DNA of 64,000 nucleotides from an uncultured Methanospirillum sp. (GCA_964501255.1 CAZCSN010000007.1:3703-67702), one strand, 5' to 3'. Shown: positions 18,640 to 29,048, counted from the first letter of the stretch. A program made the numbers and translations. The notes: a model not told the origin generated them from the sequence alone.

Positions 18640-19686
18640 CTACCTGCTCTCCGGTTTTCCCGCTTTCAGGTGCACATCCATCTGAGGGAATGGAATCTCA
18701 ATTCCTTCCTCCTCAAATACCTTCTGGATACGGCAGTTGATAAAATCCCGAATCTCAAAGGTCATGGTATACTTCTCTGTCCAGACAATCATCTGCAGGT
18801 TCAGGGCTGATGCGGCAAATTCCAGGAAAAACACCGTAGGTTTTGGTTCAGCAAGACACAAACCGGTCTCAATAATCTCATCTGCTATCTGGAGCAGGAG
18901 CTTTTTTACCTTTTCAATGTCAGTGCCATAGGCAACTCCCACGTTTATTCTGACTTTTATCTTCAGATCAGGCTCTGCATAATTGATGACCACATCATTG
19001 GTCAGGATAGAGTTCGGGATGGTTATCAGTTGATTGTCAAGCGTCTGAATCCGTGTACTTCTGGGTCCGATGGCAATAACATCACCGATAAAATCCTGTA
19101 CCTGAATCCGATCCCCGATACGGAACGGCTGGTCTGCAGCAAGAAGTGCTCCGGAGAAGAAATTCCCCAGAATATCTTTACCGGCAAAACCAGCGGCAAT
19201 ACCCACAATCCCTCCGGCAGCAAGAAGGGGGGTGATGTCAACACTGAGGATTTCAAGGATGATTGCAACTGCGATTATCCAGATAATATAACTGAAGGTG
19301 GAACGGAAAAAATGATAAAAGCGGATTCCCGCTTCATTTGAGGCCGATTGCAGGATATGTTCTTCATACTGAACCGCAACATTTCTGACAAAGGACCAGA
19401 ATATCCAGGTTACCAGGATGGTAATGCAGACCATCAGGTATCTGCTGTCAAGGATCCAGGCCAGTTCCGGGGGAATGAGGGTACTTGTTGCAAGAGATGA
19501 ATATATGGTGATGATAATAAGAAACAGAATCAGTGGTTTTCCAATAGAGTTGAGTATGATATCATCAAGAACGCTCTCGGTCTTTTTTGCCTGTAATCTC
19601 AGATAATTTCCGACGGCTTTAATGAGAACAATACCACATATACCGCCGATAAGAATGATGAGCGCTGTAATATTGGATGGTTCCAT
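18640..19686 (-). CDS. MscS small-conductance mechanosensitive channel
   Basis: GIAAGFAGKDILGNFFSG, PFRIGDRI, IPNS, GIEIPFPQ. Confidence 0.93.
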   Translation of the reverse strand: MEPSNITALIILIGGICGIVLIKAVGNYLRLQAKKTESVLDDIILNSIGKPLILFLIIITIYSSLATSTLIPPELAWILDSRYLMVCITILVTWIFWSFVRNVAVQYEEHILQSASNEAGIRFYHFFRSTFSYIIWIIAVAIILEILSVDITPLLAAGGIVGIAAGFAGKDILGNFFSGALLAADQPFRIGDRIQVQDFIGDVIAIGPRSTRIQTLDNQLITIPNSILTNDVVINYAEPDLKIKVRINVGVAYGTDIEKVKKLLLQIADEIIETGLCLAEPKPTVFFLEFAASALNLQMIVWTEKYTMTFEIRDFINCRIQKVFEEEGIEIPFPQMDVHLKAGKPESR

Positions 19687-19806
19687 CTCTTATATTTCAT
19701 ACCCGAAAGGTAATAGTATGGGCACTGGATCCACCGGTTCGTACGAACGTATACCCGGACCATTTTTCTTAAACTATATCGGTTCGCCGGGTTACATGTA
19801 CAGGCA

Positions 19807-20415
19807 GTGATCACAGAACAGCTCTGCTGTGGGATGACAGATCCGGAGCGGGCAAAAATCGAATCCGTCGTTGCACGGATGTCTGGTGCGACCAGCAAAC
19901 GGGAGCTTGCAACCATAATCGCCGAAGAGATATCAAAATATTCAGTGTTTGAGCTTCAGGTCATCGGTGGACGACTCAATCTTGAGATAGAGCGGCTTCC
20001 GGTTCCGTATCGTCATAAGATCAGGCCGTACTTTCGGGATCAGATATTCGGGGCGTATCATACGCTCCTCTCCAGGTACCGGAGCGGCAGCTTTGTGACA
20101 TATACTGACCCAATCCGTGATCCTGAACTCTTTCTCTCGTATTGTCGTATGATTCCTGAGGGGTGCATGGCATGGGATGAGAGTATGTGGAAGAACCCGG
20201 AGATCTGGAGTCCGAGACACCGGCTTTTTTACTATCTCATCGCAGCATACACCATGTTTGTCGAAGACCTCCCCGGCCATCCGGTCGGGATGCCCTTTCC
20301 CGGAGGGCAGATGGTGGAAAAACGGGGTAACGAGTACCAATGTCCGATTCGGGATAAGGAACAGGATGTATTCTTCTCCATCTGCAACTTCTGTCCGGCC
20401 AGGCAGACGCAATGA
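19807..20415 (+). CDS. DUF2115 (UPF0305) family protein
   Basis: PGHPVGMPFPGG...CPIRDK...ICNFCPARQ. Confidence 0.88.
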   Translation: MITEQLCCGMTDPERAKIESVVARMSGATSKRELATIIAEEISKYSVFELQVIGGRLNLEIERLPVPYRHKIRPYFRDQIFGAYHTLLSRYRSGSFVTYTDPIRDPELFLSYCRMIPEGCMAWDESMWKNPEIWSPRHRLFYYLIAAYTMFVEDLPGHPVGMPFPGGQMVEKRGNEYQCPIRDKEQDVFFSICNFCPARQTQ

Positions 20416-21245
20416 CTATGGAATCTGTCCCCCTGCTTCTGATTCATGGATGGAAGAGTCATCCGGGTATCTGGCGGAAGCTTCTTGAGAAGGTTCCGTT
20501 ACCGCCAGAACTGGTCTGGTCATTTGATTATTCCAATCTGCACAAGTCGACAATCTCACATATCGCCCACCAGCTGAAATCGTTTCTCCATGAAAGACGA
20601 AAGGAAGCGGGATGCTCCGGGCCGATTGACATCGTCTGCCATTCAATGGGGGGCTATGTAACAAGGTACTATCTTGAGGTACTTGACGGGAAGAAGCGGG
20701 AGGAGAAGGTCCGTCAGCTGATCGAAATCGGTGTTCCGAACCAAGGATCATCAATGGCAGAGATTTTTAACGATCCCGTTCATGGACCACAGGTTATTCA
20801 GGTTTTATCAGGTGAATTCGTTCCCCGGAGGTACAAACCTGAACATGATGTCAATGTGCAGGGACTGCGGATTCGGAGCAGGGAGACGGGCGAATTACGC
20901 AAAGCCGGAATCCGGCCTGATATCAGGTACCGGAACATCCTTGCTGCGAACCGGACCGGAGATCCCGCATTTTTTCCAAGTTTTGAGGGGAGAACCTGGG
21001 TGCTCGGGCATGATGAGATCTGGCGGACCACATGGCTTGGTGACGGAGTCATTCCCCATTATGACTCATACCTCCCGGGAACGGAGTTTGATATTATCCC
21101 GTCAGACCCGGGCTGTATGCTGGCCGAACCCTATCATTACTGCCACATATATCTCCCAAAAAACCCGGAAGTCATAAGACTAATCATCCGGTATATCACA
21201 CACCCGGATGCTCCCTCTTCAGAGATGTTTCCGATCAACCGGTAG
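20412..21245 (+). CDS. Alpha/beta-fold lipase/esterase
   Basis: LIHGW, CHSMGG nucleophile elbow, GDGVIP, His near the C-terminus. Confidence 0.85.
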   Translation: MTMESVPLLLIHGWKSHPGIWRKLLEKVPLPPELVWSFDYSNLHKSTISHIAHQLKSFLHERRKEAGCSGPIDIVCHSMGGYVTRYYLEVLDGKKREEKVRQLIEIGVPNQGSSMAEIFNDPVHGPQVIQVLSGEFVPRRYKPEHDVNVQGLRIRSRETGELRKAGIRPDIRYRNILAANRTGDPAFFPSFEGRTWVLGHDEIWRTTWLGDGVIPHYDSYLPGTEFDIIPSDPGCMLAEPYHYCHIYLPKNPEVIRLIIRYITHPDAPSSEMFPINR

Positions 21246-21302
21246 GGACTCCCGGTTGCCATGACAATCCCCTCGTATGGCACAGGAAATCTTATAAAAA
21301 AG

Positions 21303-21854
21303 TTATCGTCTGCCACCCGGCCAGAACCGGGTTTTTTGTTTCTTTTGATCCGGTTTTCCCCCTGCTGGAACGGCAGCTTTTGGTTTCTTCTTTGCAACAG
21401 GTTTTTTCTCATCACGATATGGCCGGGGAGCACTTTGTAATACCCGTTCAGTGTACTCTTCCCGCCTGGTCCGCCCGCTTCCCCCTCCTGCTTTACCGGA
21501 TGACGACCTGCTTCGAACCTCACCCGATCCTTTCTTTCCGGATTTTCCAAATGAACCGTGAGATGACGGTTTTTTACTCTGATATTTCCCGCCTGGCCGG
21601 TAGGGAGAACCGGCACGTGCTTTCGGCGGCCTGACATCATCAATAAGCAGATTTCTTCCCTGAAACTCGGTCTCATTGAGGGCATTTCGTGCTGCCCGTG
21701 CATCCTCATAGCTCTCCATCTCTACAAATCCGTATCCTTTCCCTTCAATGATCCGAACACCGACAACCTCGCCATATCGTGAGAACAATCCCCAGAGTTG
21801 TTTCTCGTCTACAGAATAGGTCAGATTTCCAACAAACAATCGTTTTGGATTCAT
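21303..21854 (-). CDS. RRM RNA-binding protein with long basic low-complexity tail
   Basis: LFVGNL, KGYGFVEM; K/R/G/S/P-rich tail; start refined to MNPKRL. Confidence 0.9.
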   Translation of the reverse strand: MNPKRLFVGNLTYSVDEKQLWGLFSRYGEVVGVRIIEGKGYGFVEMESYEDARAARNALNETEFQGRNLLIDDVRPPKARAGSPYRPGGKYQSKKPSSHGSFGKSGKKGSGEVRSRSSSGKAGGGSGRTRREEYTERVLQSAPRPYRDEKKPVAKKKPKAAVPAGGKPDQKKQKTRFWPGGRR

Positions 21855-22089
21855 ATTGCTATCACCTGTCACCATTCCTTTCCTATTTTCCGTCCCCTGC
21901 GGGACATCCGGGAACAGGGACATGGATCCCTGCTGATTAATTACCGGTATAACCTTAAGTAACTCTTCACTCATCTGTCAGAGAAAGAATGAGCGGACCT
22001 GTACCAGGAGGGGTCCCGGTTCAGGATATGTGTATCGCCTGCCTGACAGACTATATCAGGTATCCAGTCTGACAGGAAGGAATTTTTTT

Positions 22090-22671
22090 TCAGGACATGG
22101 CGGTATTCTCATCCCGGGAATGCTGCAGAACGGTTCGTGCACACAGTCGTGCAACCCGGAGCGGTTCAGGAATCTTTCCATGGAGTGTAAAGATCCGGAT
22201 CAGTTGTCTGACCTCCTGCTCTGAACATCCATACCCTCGTGCATACACCGGCAGACCGGTTTTTACATGAATACGCATCCGCTCACCAAGACGCTCGTAC
22301 GCCCTGACCCGATCCTCATCTCCCGGGAAATGATGCCTGATATGATCAGCAAGGCCTTCTGAATCCTTATAGGAGACGCAAATAACCGGAATTTCGGTTT
22401 TCTTCGTGATATCCTCAGGATTAATCACATTATACCAGGCAATAACACACCCGTTCAGCATGATTGCGTTTATATCGTCACGGTCAAGGGATGCAATCAT
22501 TCTGAGAATCTCACCGGTTGCATCCATCCCGCCGACCCGTACCTTTCCAAAGCAGAACCCGTCAATATGCAGGTCCCGTCGCATGACCACACCGCAGAGG
22601 ATCGACCATTCACGATCTGCAAATGACTCGGATATTCCAAGCACCCTGATCCCCTGCTTTTGGAGCTGCAT
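22090..22671 (-). CDS. DUF99 (UPF0215) endonuclease V-like protein
   Basis: RVLGISESF, GGMDAT, IAWYNVI, PEPLRVARL. Confidence 0.88.
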   Translation of the reverse strand: MQLQKQGIRVLGISESFADREWSILCGVVMRRDLHIDGFCFGKVRVGGMDATGEILRMIASLDRDDINAIMLNGCVIAWYNVINPEDITKKTEIPVICVSYKDSEGLADHIRHHFPGDEDRVRAYERLGERMRIHVKTGLPVYARGYGCSEQEVRQLIRIFTLHGKIPEPLRVARLCARTVLQHSRDENTAMS

Positions 22672-22773
22672 ACCAATAGATCATCTGTTCAGGTACTAGA
22701 AGCCTTGGAGCCTGACCGGGAGTTCATTATAACAGAAGACCAATCCTATGTGATCCGATCGGTCCGGGCAGGA

Positions 22774-23832
22774 ATGAGTATGTCACCACCAGAGCGTTGT
22801 GCAGGAATCCTGCACCATATCAGAGAGCATCTTCCCAAAGAACAGGATGCGGTTTTGGAATATCTCGTCGATATGGAGCATCATTTTTCCGATCATCCAT
22901 GCCAGCGGGAGGTAGCAGAGGGTATCGCATTCCTTGCCAGAGAGCATCTGACTGTGCAGGAGTTTTCGAAGCTGGTATCCCAGGCGATGCATCCTGAGAG
23001 TCTCGTAAAAACCGTTCTTGGTACTGTCCGGACATCCCTCGATGAGAGAGACATCCATGCAGCAGAAAAAGCCCTTGCCTACATCCTTTTGTATGCAGAA
23101 CGGACAGATACCATGGAGAGAAATTATCTCTCATTTCGCGATTTCATCGAGTACGCATACTACCAGACCTGGCTGGCTCCGGATAAAAACCCTGACACAG
23201 CACCTGATGTTCATCCGTACCTGAATACTGACATTCTGTTTCAGTACGGCAGACTCTCCGCATTAAAGGGAGAGAAAGAAAAGGCCAGTGCACTCTTTAC
23301 CGCACTTGCCCAAATCAGCCCGGTTAACGATGCCATCCTGTTTGAACTGGCGGATATCGCTCGTGAGGAGGGAGACCTTGAGAAATTTCGCAGTCTTTCC
23401 ATTCAGTGTCTGGAGTATGCATGGAAGCCTGACGATCTTGCTCATGCCTACCGGAATATGGGATATTACCTGACCGAAACCGGTGATTATACCGGGGCTG
23501 TTACCTGTTACCTGATGGCCACAACCTGGGAAGAGTCACCTGACACTGCACGAGAACTGGCATATATTCAGGAAAAAACAGGCACCGAACCGGATATACC
23601 ATTCATCATCTCCCATGGTCATGAGATTCTGAATGAACGGAATATTCCATTTGGGCCAAACCGGCAGATGATCGATCTCATGATCCGGTACGCGGACGAA
23701 TGCAAACAGGAGGGTGATTTCTTTGAAGCCAGGAAGTATCTGAGCCGTGCAAAGGCACTTGAACTCAGCGACACTCTTGAACGGGAGATAGAAATAATTG
23801 AGCGGTTTATTGAGGATAATACGATATTTTAA
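22774..23832 (+). CDS. TPR repeat protein
   Basis: Helical repeats such as AHAYRNMGYYLTETGDYTGAVTCY; start uncertain (track start 22660 overlaps the divergent gene). Confidence 0.78.
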   Translation: MSMSPPERCAGILHHIREHLPKEQDAVLEYLVDMEHHFSDHPCQREVAEGIAFLAREHLTVQEFSKLVSQAMHPESLVKTVLGTVRTSLDERDIHAAEKALAYILLYAERTDTMERNYLSFRDFIEYAYYQTWLAPDKNPDTAPDVHPYLNTDILFQYGRLSALKGEKEKASALFTALAQISPVNDAILFELADIAREEGDLEKFRSLSIQCLEYAWKPDDLAHAYRNMGYYLTETGDYTGAVTCYLMATTWEESPDTARELAYIQEKTGTEPDIPFIISHGHEILNERNIPFGPNRQMIDLMIRYADECKQEGDFFEARKYLSRAKALELSDTLEREIEIIERFIEDNTIF

Positions 23833-24004
23833 TAAAGACAAATATTCCAAGACTGAAGGTGATGGCCGCAGAGATAAGGCACACTACGGAGATGATCGGA
23901 AGCGAATATGTCATTCAAATCCCCTCCTTTCCGTCTGCCCTGCCGTATTCATCCAGTATGAATTATTCCTGATATCTATATGATGCTCCCGGTTTTGTCT
24001 CTTA

Positions 24005-24718
24005 TTACCAGTCTTTTCTCATCGCTTCCGCCCGCTTCTCAGGTGGCATGAGTTCAATGGCATACCGGAGTGATGTTCGTGGCATCTCCTTTTTGTGTGC
24101 CATGACATACTCAAAAATGATGTCTTCATGGCATCTGCCTGCCTCCTTTAACAGCCAGCCGTACCCTTTCCTGACCATGTCATCCGTATCGGTTAGCAGT
24201 GCATCAGCGATCTCAAGCACATCGTCCAGGTATTTTCCCCGCTTTGCCGGTATGATCAGAGATACTGCTGCTGCCCGCCTCATCCACCGGTTCTCTGACC
24301 TTGTCCATGTTTTCAGTTCACCAATGAACTCAGGATATTTTTCGATAAAATCACCTATCGAATGGTTACAGAATCCGTCACATGCGGCCCAGTTGGTGAT
24401 ATACGTATCAATCCATCGCCTGAACGTGTATATATCCGCCGGTTCGAACCGGTCTTTGAGGTTTGGGATCCAGCTGGAGACAATAAACGCCTCTTCAAGG
24501 TATCCTGACTGATAGAGTTCCTCACAGAGAGAGAAGATCTCAGCTTTATCTCGTTTGCTGACTTCCTTCCAGTATTTTTTTGCTATCGCATGGACAGACG
24601 CAGTTTTACATCCGTATGCATACACACGCTCTTTAAAAAACCGATGAAAATTTTGTTTTGTCTTTTCGTCGATAACCAAAGTCAGGTCTTTCTGTATTGC
24701 TTTGATAACAGGGTCCAC
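24005..24718 (-). CDS. DNA alkylation repair protein (AlkD-like HEAT repeat)
   Basis: ITNWAACD, SENRWMRRAA, DDMVRKGYGWLLKE, MPRTSLRYAIE. Confidence 0.9.
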   Translation of the reverse strand: MDPVIKAIQKDLTLVIDEKTKQNFHRFFKERVYAYGCKTASVHAIAKKYWKEVSKRDKAEIFSLCEELYQSGYLEEAFIVSSWIPNLKDRFEPADIYTFRRWIDTYITNWAACDGFCNHSIGDFIEKYPEFIGELKTWTRSENRWMRRAAAVSLIIPAKRGKYLDDVLEIADALLTDTDDMVRKGYGWLLKEAGRCHEDIIFEYVMAHKKEMPRTSLRYAIELMPPEKRAEAMRKDW

Positions 24719-24813
24719 AGTATAATACAGGAGTTATATCCATATGTGTCTCGCTATTTCACCATGGAGACACCTTCATCATCCCCCCTGACATAATGGG
24801 ATAGGATATATCC

Positions 24814-26127
24814 ATGGTTTTTACTCGGTCAGACTTCCGGTACCAGTCGTTATTACAAACTCCTGCTGATGCAGTTCTTCCGATACAAAGCGGGGAGACC
24901 ATCGTCTATGGCATGTCCATCTGCCAGCCCCCGGCCCTTTTAAATGCCCTTGCAGATCGGATTCTTTCAGCACAGCTCAAAGACATTAACATATACACAT
25001 TTCTCCCGCGGGAGCACTCACAGGCAACGGTTCTCTCTCCTGAGCTGTGTGATCAGATCACCCATCATTCCTGGTTCAGCGGGGCTGCAGACCGGGTCAT
25101 GACAAAGTATGGCCTGAGTTACTTTGTGCCGTCATACCTGCATCAGATACCACGGCTCTGCAGTGAATTCATGGATATTGATACGGTAATAACCACGGTA
25201 TCACCGATGGATAAGGCCGGGTTTTTCAGTTTTGGAACCGGAAATGATTATATCTCTACCGCTGCACGGTGCGGAAAACGGGTGATTGTTGAGGTAAACC
25301 GGTATATGCCCCGGGTGTTTGGTGACTCACAGATCCATATATCAGATATTGATGGCATTGTGGAGTATGATACACCGCTTCTTGAGCTGCCAGTCCCGGA
25401 AGAGAAACCGGAAGACCGGATAATAGGTCCTATGCTTGCTGAACTGGTTCCGGATGGTGCAACAATCCAGCTTGGTATTGGAGGACTTCCCAATGCTGTA
25501 ACCCGGTATCTGGATGATCATTCCGATCTTGGCATCCACTCAGAACTCTTTACCGAAGGGATGGTCAGCCTGATAGAGCAGGGTGTAATCACCGGGAAGA
25601 AAAAGACCCTGCATCGTGAGAAACACGTATTTACTACGGCTGCAGGAACACGGCGGATGTATGAGTTCATGGATGATAATCCGTCAATTGAGAGTTATCC
25701 TCCATCCCACGTCTGTGCTCCGGATATTATTGCCAAAAATGACCGGATGATATCAATTAATTCAGTTCTTGAAGTAGATCTGCTTGGACAGGCAAATGCT
25801 GAATATCTTTCCGGATCTCTCTTTTCCGGGACCGGCGGCCAGCTTGATTTTGTCAGGGGAGCGTTTGATTCCAGAGGGGGGAGATCAATACTTGCGTTTT
25901 ATTCAACAGCGAAAGGGGGCACCATATCCAAAATTGTGCCACGGCTGGAGGCTGGGGCTGCAATTACCACACCACGGGCAGATGTGCATTATCTCGCAAC
26001 CGAATACGGTGTTGCAAATCTGAAGGGCAAGGATACCCGGCAGCGTGCACTTGCTATCATCGAGCTTGCCCATCCGTCATTCCGGGACAGTCTCACCCGT
26101 GAAGCAGATCTCATGGGACTGATTTAA
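24814..26127 (+). CDS. Acetyl-CoA hydrolase/transferase family (4-hydroxybutyrate CoA-transferase-like)
   Basis: DGATIQLGIG, GIHSE (catalytic Glu), SGTGGQLDF, ATEYGVA. Confidence 0.9.
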   Translation: MVFTRSDFRYQSLLQTPADAVLPIQSGETIVYGMSICQPPALLNALADRILSAQLKDINIYTFLPREHSQATVLSPELCDQITHHSWFSGAADRVMTKYGLSYFVPSYLHQIPRLCSEFMDIDTVITTVSPMDKAGFFSFGTGNDYISTAARCGKRVIVEVNRYMPRVFGDSQIHISDIDGIVEYDTPLLELPVPEEKPEDRIIGPMLAELVPDGATIQLGIGGLPNAVTRYLDDHSDLGIHSELFTEGMVSLIEQGVITGKKKTLHREKHVFTTAAGTRRMYEFMDDNPSIESYPPSHVCAPDIIAKNDRMISINSVLEVDLLGQANAEYLSGSLFSGTGGQLDFVRGAFDSRGGRSILAFYSTAKGGTISKIVPRLEAGAAITTPRADVHYLATEYGVANLKGKDTRQRALAIIELAHPSFRDSLTREADLMGLI

Positions 26128-26201
26128 TCGAGGGTTTCCGGATATGCCGAATGAGGAAAAAGGGTGAAACAAGATGAAAAACCTTTTAAAATTATTTACA
26201 T

Positions 26202-26816
26202 TCACTCGGTTTTGTCAGAACCATGTAATTTTTTCAGTAATTCAACGTGATTAAAATATAATTTCGGGTGCTCATTATCTTTTGTTGATTGAACCAATTT
26301 AAACCCGTTTTCAATATAAAACGAAACCCGGTCCCTTTTTGCATCGACAGTAATAAACCGGCATCCTAAAAAATGACGATGCAGATGGATTGCAATCGCC
26401 ATTGAATGAGCGAGCATATACGTTCCTATTCCGCGTCGTTCCCAGTCTATATGGGTAGCGAGTCTGGCAATCAACAATGTCGGATAATTCACCGGTCCGA
26501 ATCCAGGTTTTGTGTCATCTTCTGACACGTCTTTTTTGTTAATAACACCAGACGCAAGTGAAAAGAATCCTACAACAGTATCATTGTAATAAACCAGATG
26601 GGTCGTCGCAGTCCCTTCATGGATTGCATCTAATGCAACATTATGCAAATATTCGTTTAGATCAGAATCATTGCAGATAAAACCTGATATCTGGTCAGGA
26701 GATTGGAGTACCCGAACGGCCAGGGCAGAAAAGGGTATTTTGGGAGGGGTATCTATTCCCAGCTTGCTGCTAATTTTTCTGCCTCCAAAAGTAAAAGCAG
26801 ACCGGCTTTTGTACAA
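26202..26816 (-). CDS. GNAT acetyltransferase resembling tRNA-acetylating toxins (TacT/AtaT-like); true start probably near 26760
   Basis: F.C...DLNEYL, VVGFFSL, PTLLIARLA..RGIG, GCRFITVDAK..FYIENGF; AT-rich. Confidence 0.8.
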   Translation of the reverse strand: MYKSRSAFTFGGRKISSKLGIDTPPKIPFSALAVRVLQSPDQISGFICNDSDLNEYLHNVALDAIHEGTATTHLVYYNDTVVGFFSLASGVINKKDVSEDDTKPGFGPVNYPTLLIARLATHIDWERRGIGTYMLAHSMAIAIHLHRHFLGCRFITVDAKRDRVSFYIENGFKLVQSTKDNEHPKLYFNHVELLKKLHGSDKTE

Positions 26817-26899
26817 TCAGGATTTTTGTTATATTCTTCAAAATCTGATAAATCCTGACTTTCAAGATTTATTTCATAGTTAATTGGCTTTGCAACCAT
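26753..26899 (-). CDS. Putative 48-aa antitoxin partner of the GNAT gene
   Basis: Manual translation MVAKPINYEINLESQDLSDFEEYNKNPDCTKAGLLLLLEAEKLAASWE*; stop abuts the conserved GNAT N-terminus; below the ORF-track cutoff. Confidence 0.6.
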   Translation of the reverse strand: MVAKPINYEINLESQDLSDFEEYNKNPDCTKAGLLLLLEAEKLAASWE

Positions 26900-26990
26900 A
26901 TTTAGTCATCTTCCTTCCGATGATGCATTATCATCCGGATGTTTTGTTCATTCTATTTCCTGTCAGCGATAATGAATATTTGGACTGTCA

Positions 26991-27023
26991 TATACAACCA
27001 GTATACAACCAGTATACAACCAG
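26991..27023. repeat. Tandem repeat TATACAACCAG x3 (11-bp period)
   Basis: Exact copies at 26991, 27002 and 27013. Confidence 0.9.
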
Positions 27024-27246
27024 TGTACTATAGTTATTCCGGCCGGCAGAAATCTGACCTGGATGTATGCTACAGGTATGAACCGAAACAATTAGTTAAA
27101 ATGTTTATAATAGTACTAGGATCGGCAACTCCAGATTATTTTCTAAAGAGGCAGGCCCTCTTTTCATGGTAATGATCTGCACAGAAAGACTGACCCTGAA
27201 GAAAGAACTCAAATAGGCCATTAAAAAATTATACAGAGTCCATAGC

Positions 27247-28413
27247 ATGAAAACCCCCTTTCATATTATGATCATCCCGACCCTTGGCTGCCCGTCAAAC
27301 TGTAAATACTGCTGGAGCTCTGAAGAAGGATCTCCAATTATGAATATACAGGTCGTGCAGGACACCGTCTCATGGCTTTCAGACTTTCGGGATGATCCGG
27401 TCACGATAACCTTCCACGGTGGTGAACCCCTCCTTGCCGGACCTTCCTTTTTCAGACAGGCCCTCCCTCTTCTTGCAGACGGCCTTGCAAAAAACCTGCC
27501 ATCATTTGCGATTCAGACAAATCTCTGGCGGATGACTCCGGAACTGGCGGAGATATTTGCAGCATATCATATTCCCATCGGGTCCAGTATTGACGGCCCG
27601 GAGGATATTACCGACTATCAGCGGGGTGACGGATACTTTCGAAAGACGATGGAAGGATACCGGATTGCCCGTGAACATGGTCTGAGTGTCCGTTTTATCT
27701 GCACCTTTACCGGGTATTCAGAAAAGCAGCGTGAATCAATCGTCCAGTTCTTTATCAGCCAGGGATTTACGATGAAACTTCACCCGGCCCTTCCCTCACT
27801 GCGAAGCGAAAGTCCAAACCAATGGGCGCTTGCCCCGGAGAAGTTTGGGGATCTTCTGGTCTATCTGCTTGATCAGTCGCTGGACCACTATTCCGAGATT
27901 GATATCATGAATATCAATGACCTGGTCAGGTGTGTCTTTACGAGGAGAGGAAATGTCTGCACCTTTGCCGACTGCATGGGGAATACCTACGCCATCGGTC
28001 CGGATGGGAGCATCTATCCCTGTTACCGGTTTGTGGGTATGGATGAGTATATCATGGGGAATGTCCGCGACCGGCCAACCAGGCAGGATCTTGACAATTC
28101 AGGGGCAGGACGGCTGATGAATGAATTCAAAGCGTACGTGGATACACATTGTGCATCCTGCTCCCATATCAGGTACTGCCGTGGCGGATGCCCGTACAAT
28201 GCGATTGCCCCGTCAGGAGGAGAGATTACCGGTGTTGATCCCCACTGCACCGCATACAAACGAATATTTGATGAGATCACCGACCGGATCAACAAAGAGA
28301 TGTATGAAGCCCCGCCGATGTTTGGCGGGTACGGAACAGGGCAGCCGGCTCTGGGAAGGGGGCAGGCAAGACCAGGAATTATGGCTCTCATGCATAAAAT
28401 TGCGATGCAATAA
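27247..28413 (+). CDS. Radical SAM/SPASM enzyme, TIGR04083-type putative peptide modifier
   Basis: IPTLGCPSNCKYCWS, FHGGEPL; SPASM cysteines CTFADC, CYRF, CASC, CRGGC, DPHC. Confidence 0.88.
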   Translation: MKTPFHIMIIPTLGCPSNCKYCWSSEEGSPIMNIQVVQDTVSWLSDFRDDPVTITFHGGEPLLAGPSFFRQALPLLADGLAKNLPSFAIQTNLWRMTPELAEIFAAYHIPIGSSIDGPEDITDYQRGDGYFRKTMEGYRIAREHGLSVRFICTFTGYSEKQRESIVQFFISQGFTMKLHPALPSLRSESPNQWALAPEKFGDLLVYLLDQSLDHYSEIDIMNINDLVRCVFTRRGNVCTFADCMGNTYAIGPDGSIYPCYRFVGMDEYIMGNVRDRPTRQDLDNSGAGRLMNEFKAYVDTHCASCSHIRYCRGGCPYNAIAPSGGEITGVDPHCTAYKRIFDEITDRINKEMYEAPPMFGGYGTGQPALGRGQARPGIMALMHKIAMQ

Positions 28414-28474
28414 GCTATCCACCGGCCTTTTTGTGATCGATGATCATAATGTGCTTTAGGGATAATCTCCCTGT

Positions 28475-29011
28475 ATGAACATGATATGGGTCAGCACGGG
28501 ATTATCACGACCGGCTGGATTGGCCTCGCTTCTGACAGGGCTTCTCCTGCTCATATTCTCTCCGTTTATCCCCGGGTTTATCGGTATCTTCATTGCTGCA
28601 GTCCTGTTTATTCTCTCGCTCATCATTGCCGGTATCAGTTTTTCCGTAAAAGGATCAGGGGTTTTTGCACCGTTTCTCCTTCTGGGCATTATCGGTGCAT
28701 GCATAAGCCTTTTTGCCCTTTTTAATCCGGACATAACCGTCTCACTGATGGGCATCCTCCTTGGAGTCATCATCCTCATGATGGGTATTATGCAGATCGG
28801 GTTCTCCACCGGGTTTTCGCAGGATAGAGTATCATGGCTCTTTCTGATCATCGGAGGGCTTTTGAGTATCTTCGTCGGATTTTATCTGATTCTCTCTCCT
28901 CAGGAGGGCATGCAGCTGCTGATCGTGTTTATCGGGTGTTACCTCGTCGCATATGGACTGATTGGTATTATCCGGGGAAGAAATCAGATCACATACCTGT
29001 ATGAGGGATAA
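28475..29011 (+). CDS. HdeD/DUF308 family membrane protein
   Basis: About six TM segments with repeated GxxxL..P units. Confidence 0.8.
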   Translation: MNMIWVSTGLSRPAGLASLLTGLLLLIFSPFIPGFIGIFIAAVLFILSLIIAGISFSVKGSGVFAPFLLLGIIGACISLFALFNPDITVSLMGILLGVIILMMGIMQIGFSTGFSQDRVSWLFLIIGGLLSIFVGFYLILSPQEGMQLLIVFIGCYLVAYGLIGIIRGRNQITYLYEG

Positions 29012-29048
29012 TATCGGAAAAAGGAGGAGGCACCCGCATAGCGGACCT

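Noticed and set aside
26991-27023. CRISPR array or iteron-bearing origin
   Set aside because: Units are 11 bp and contiguous with no spacers; no cas or rep gene in the window
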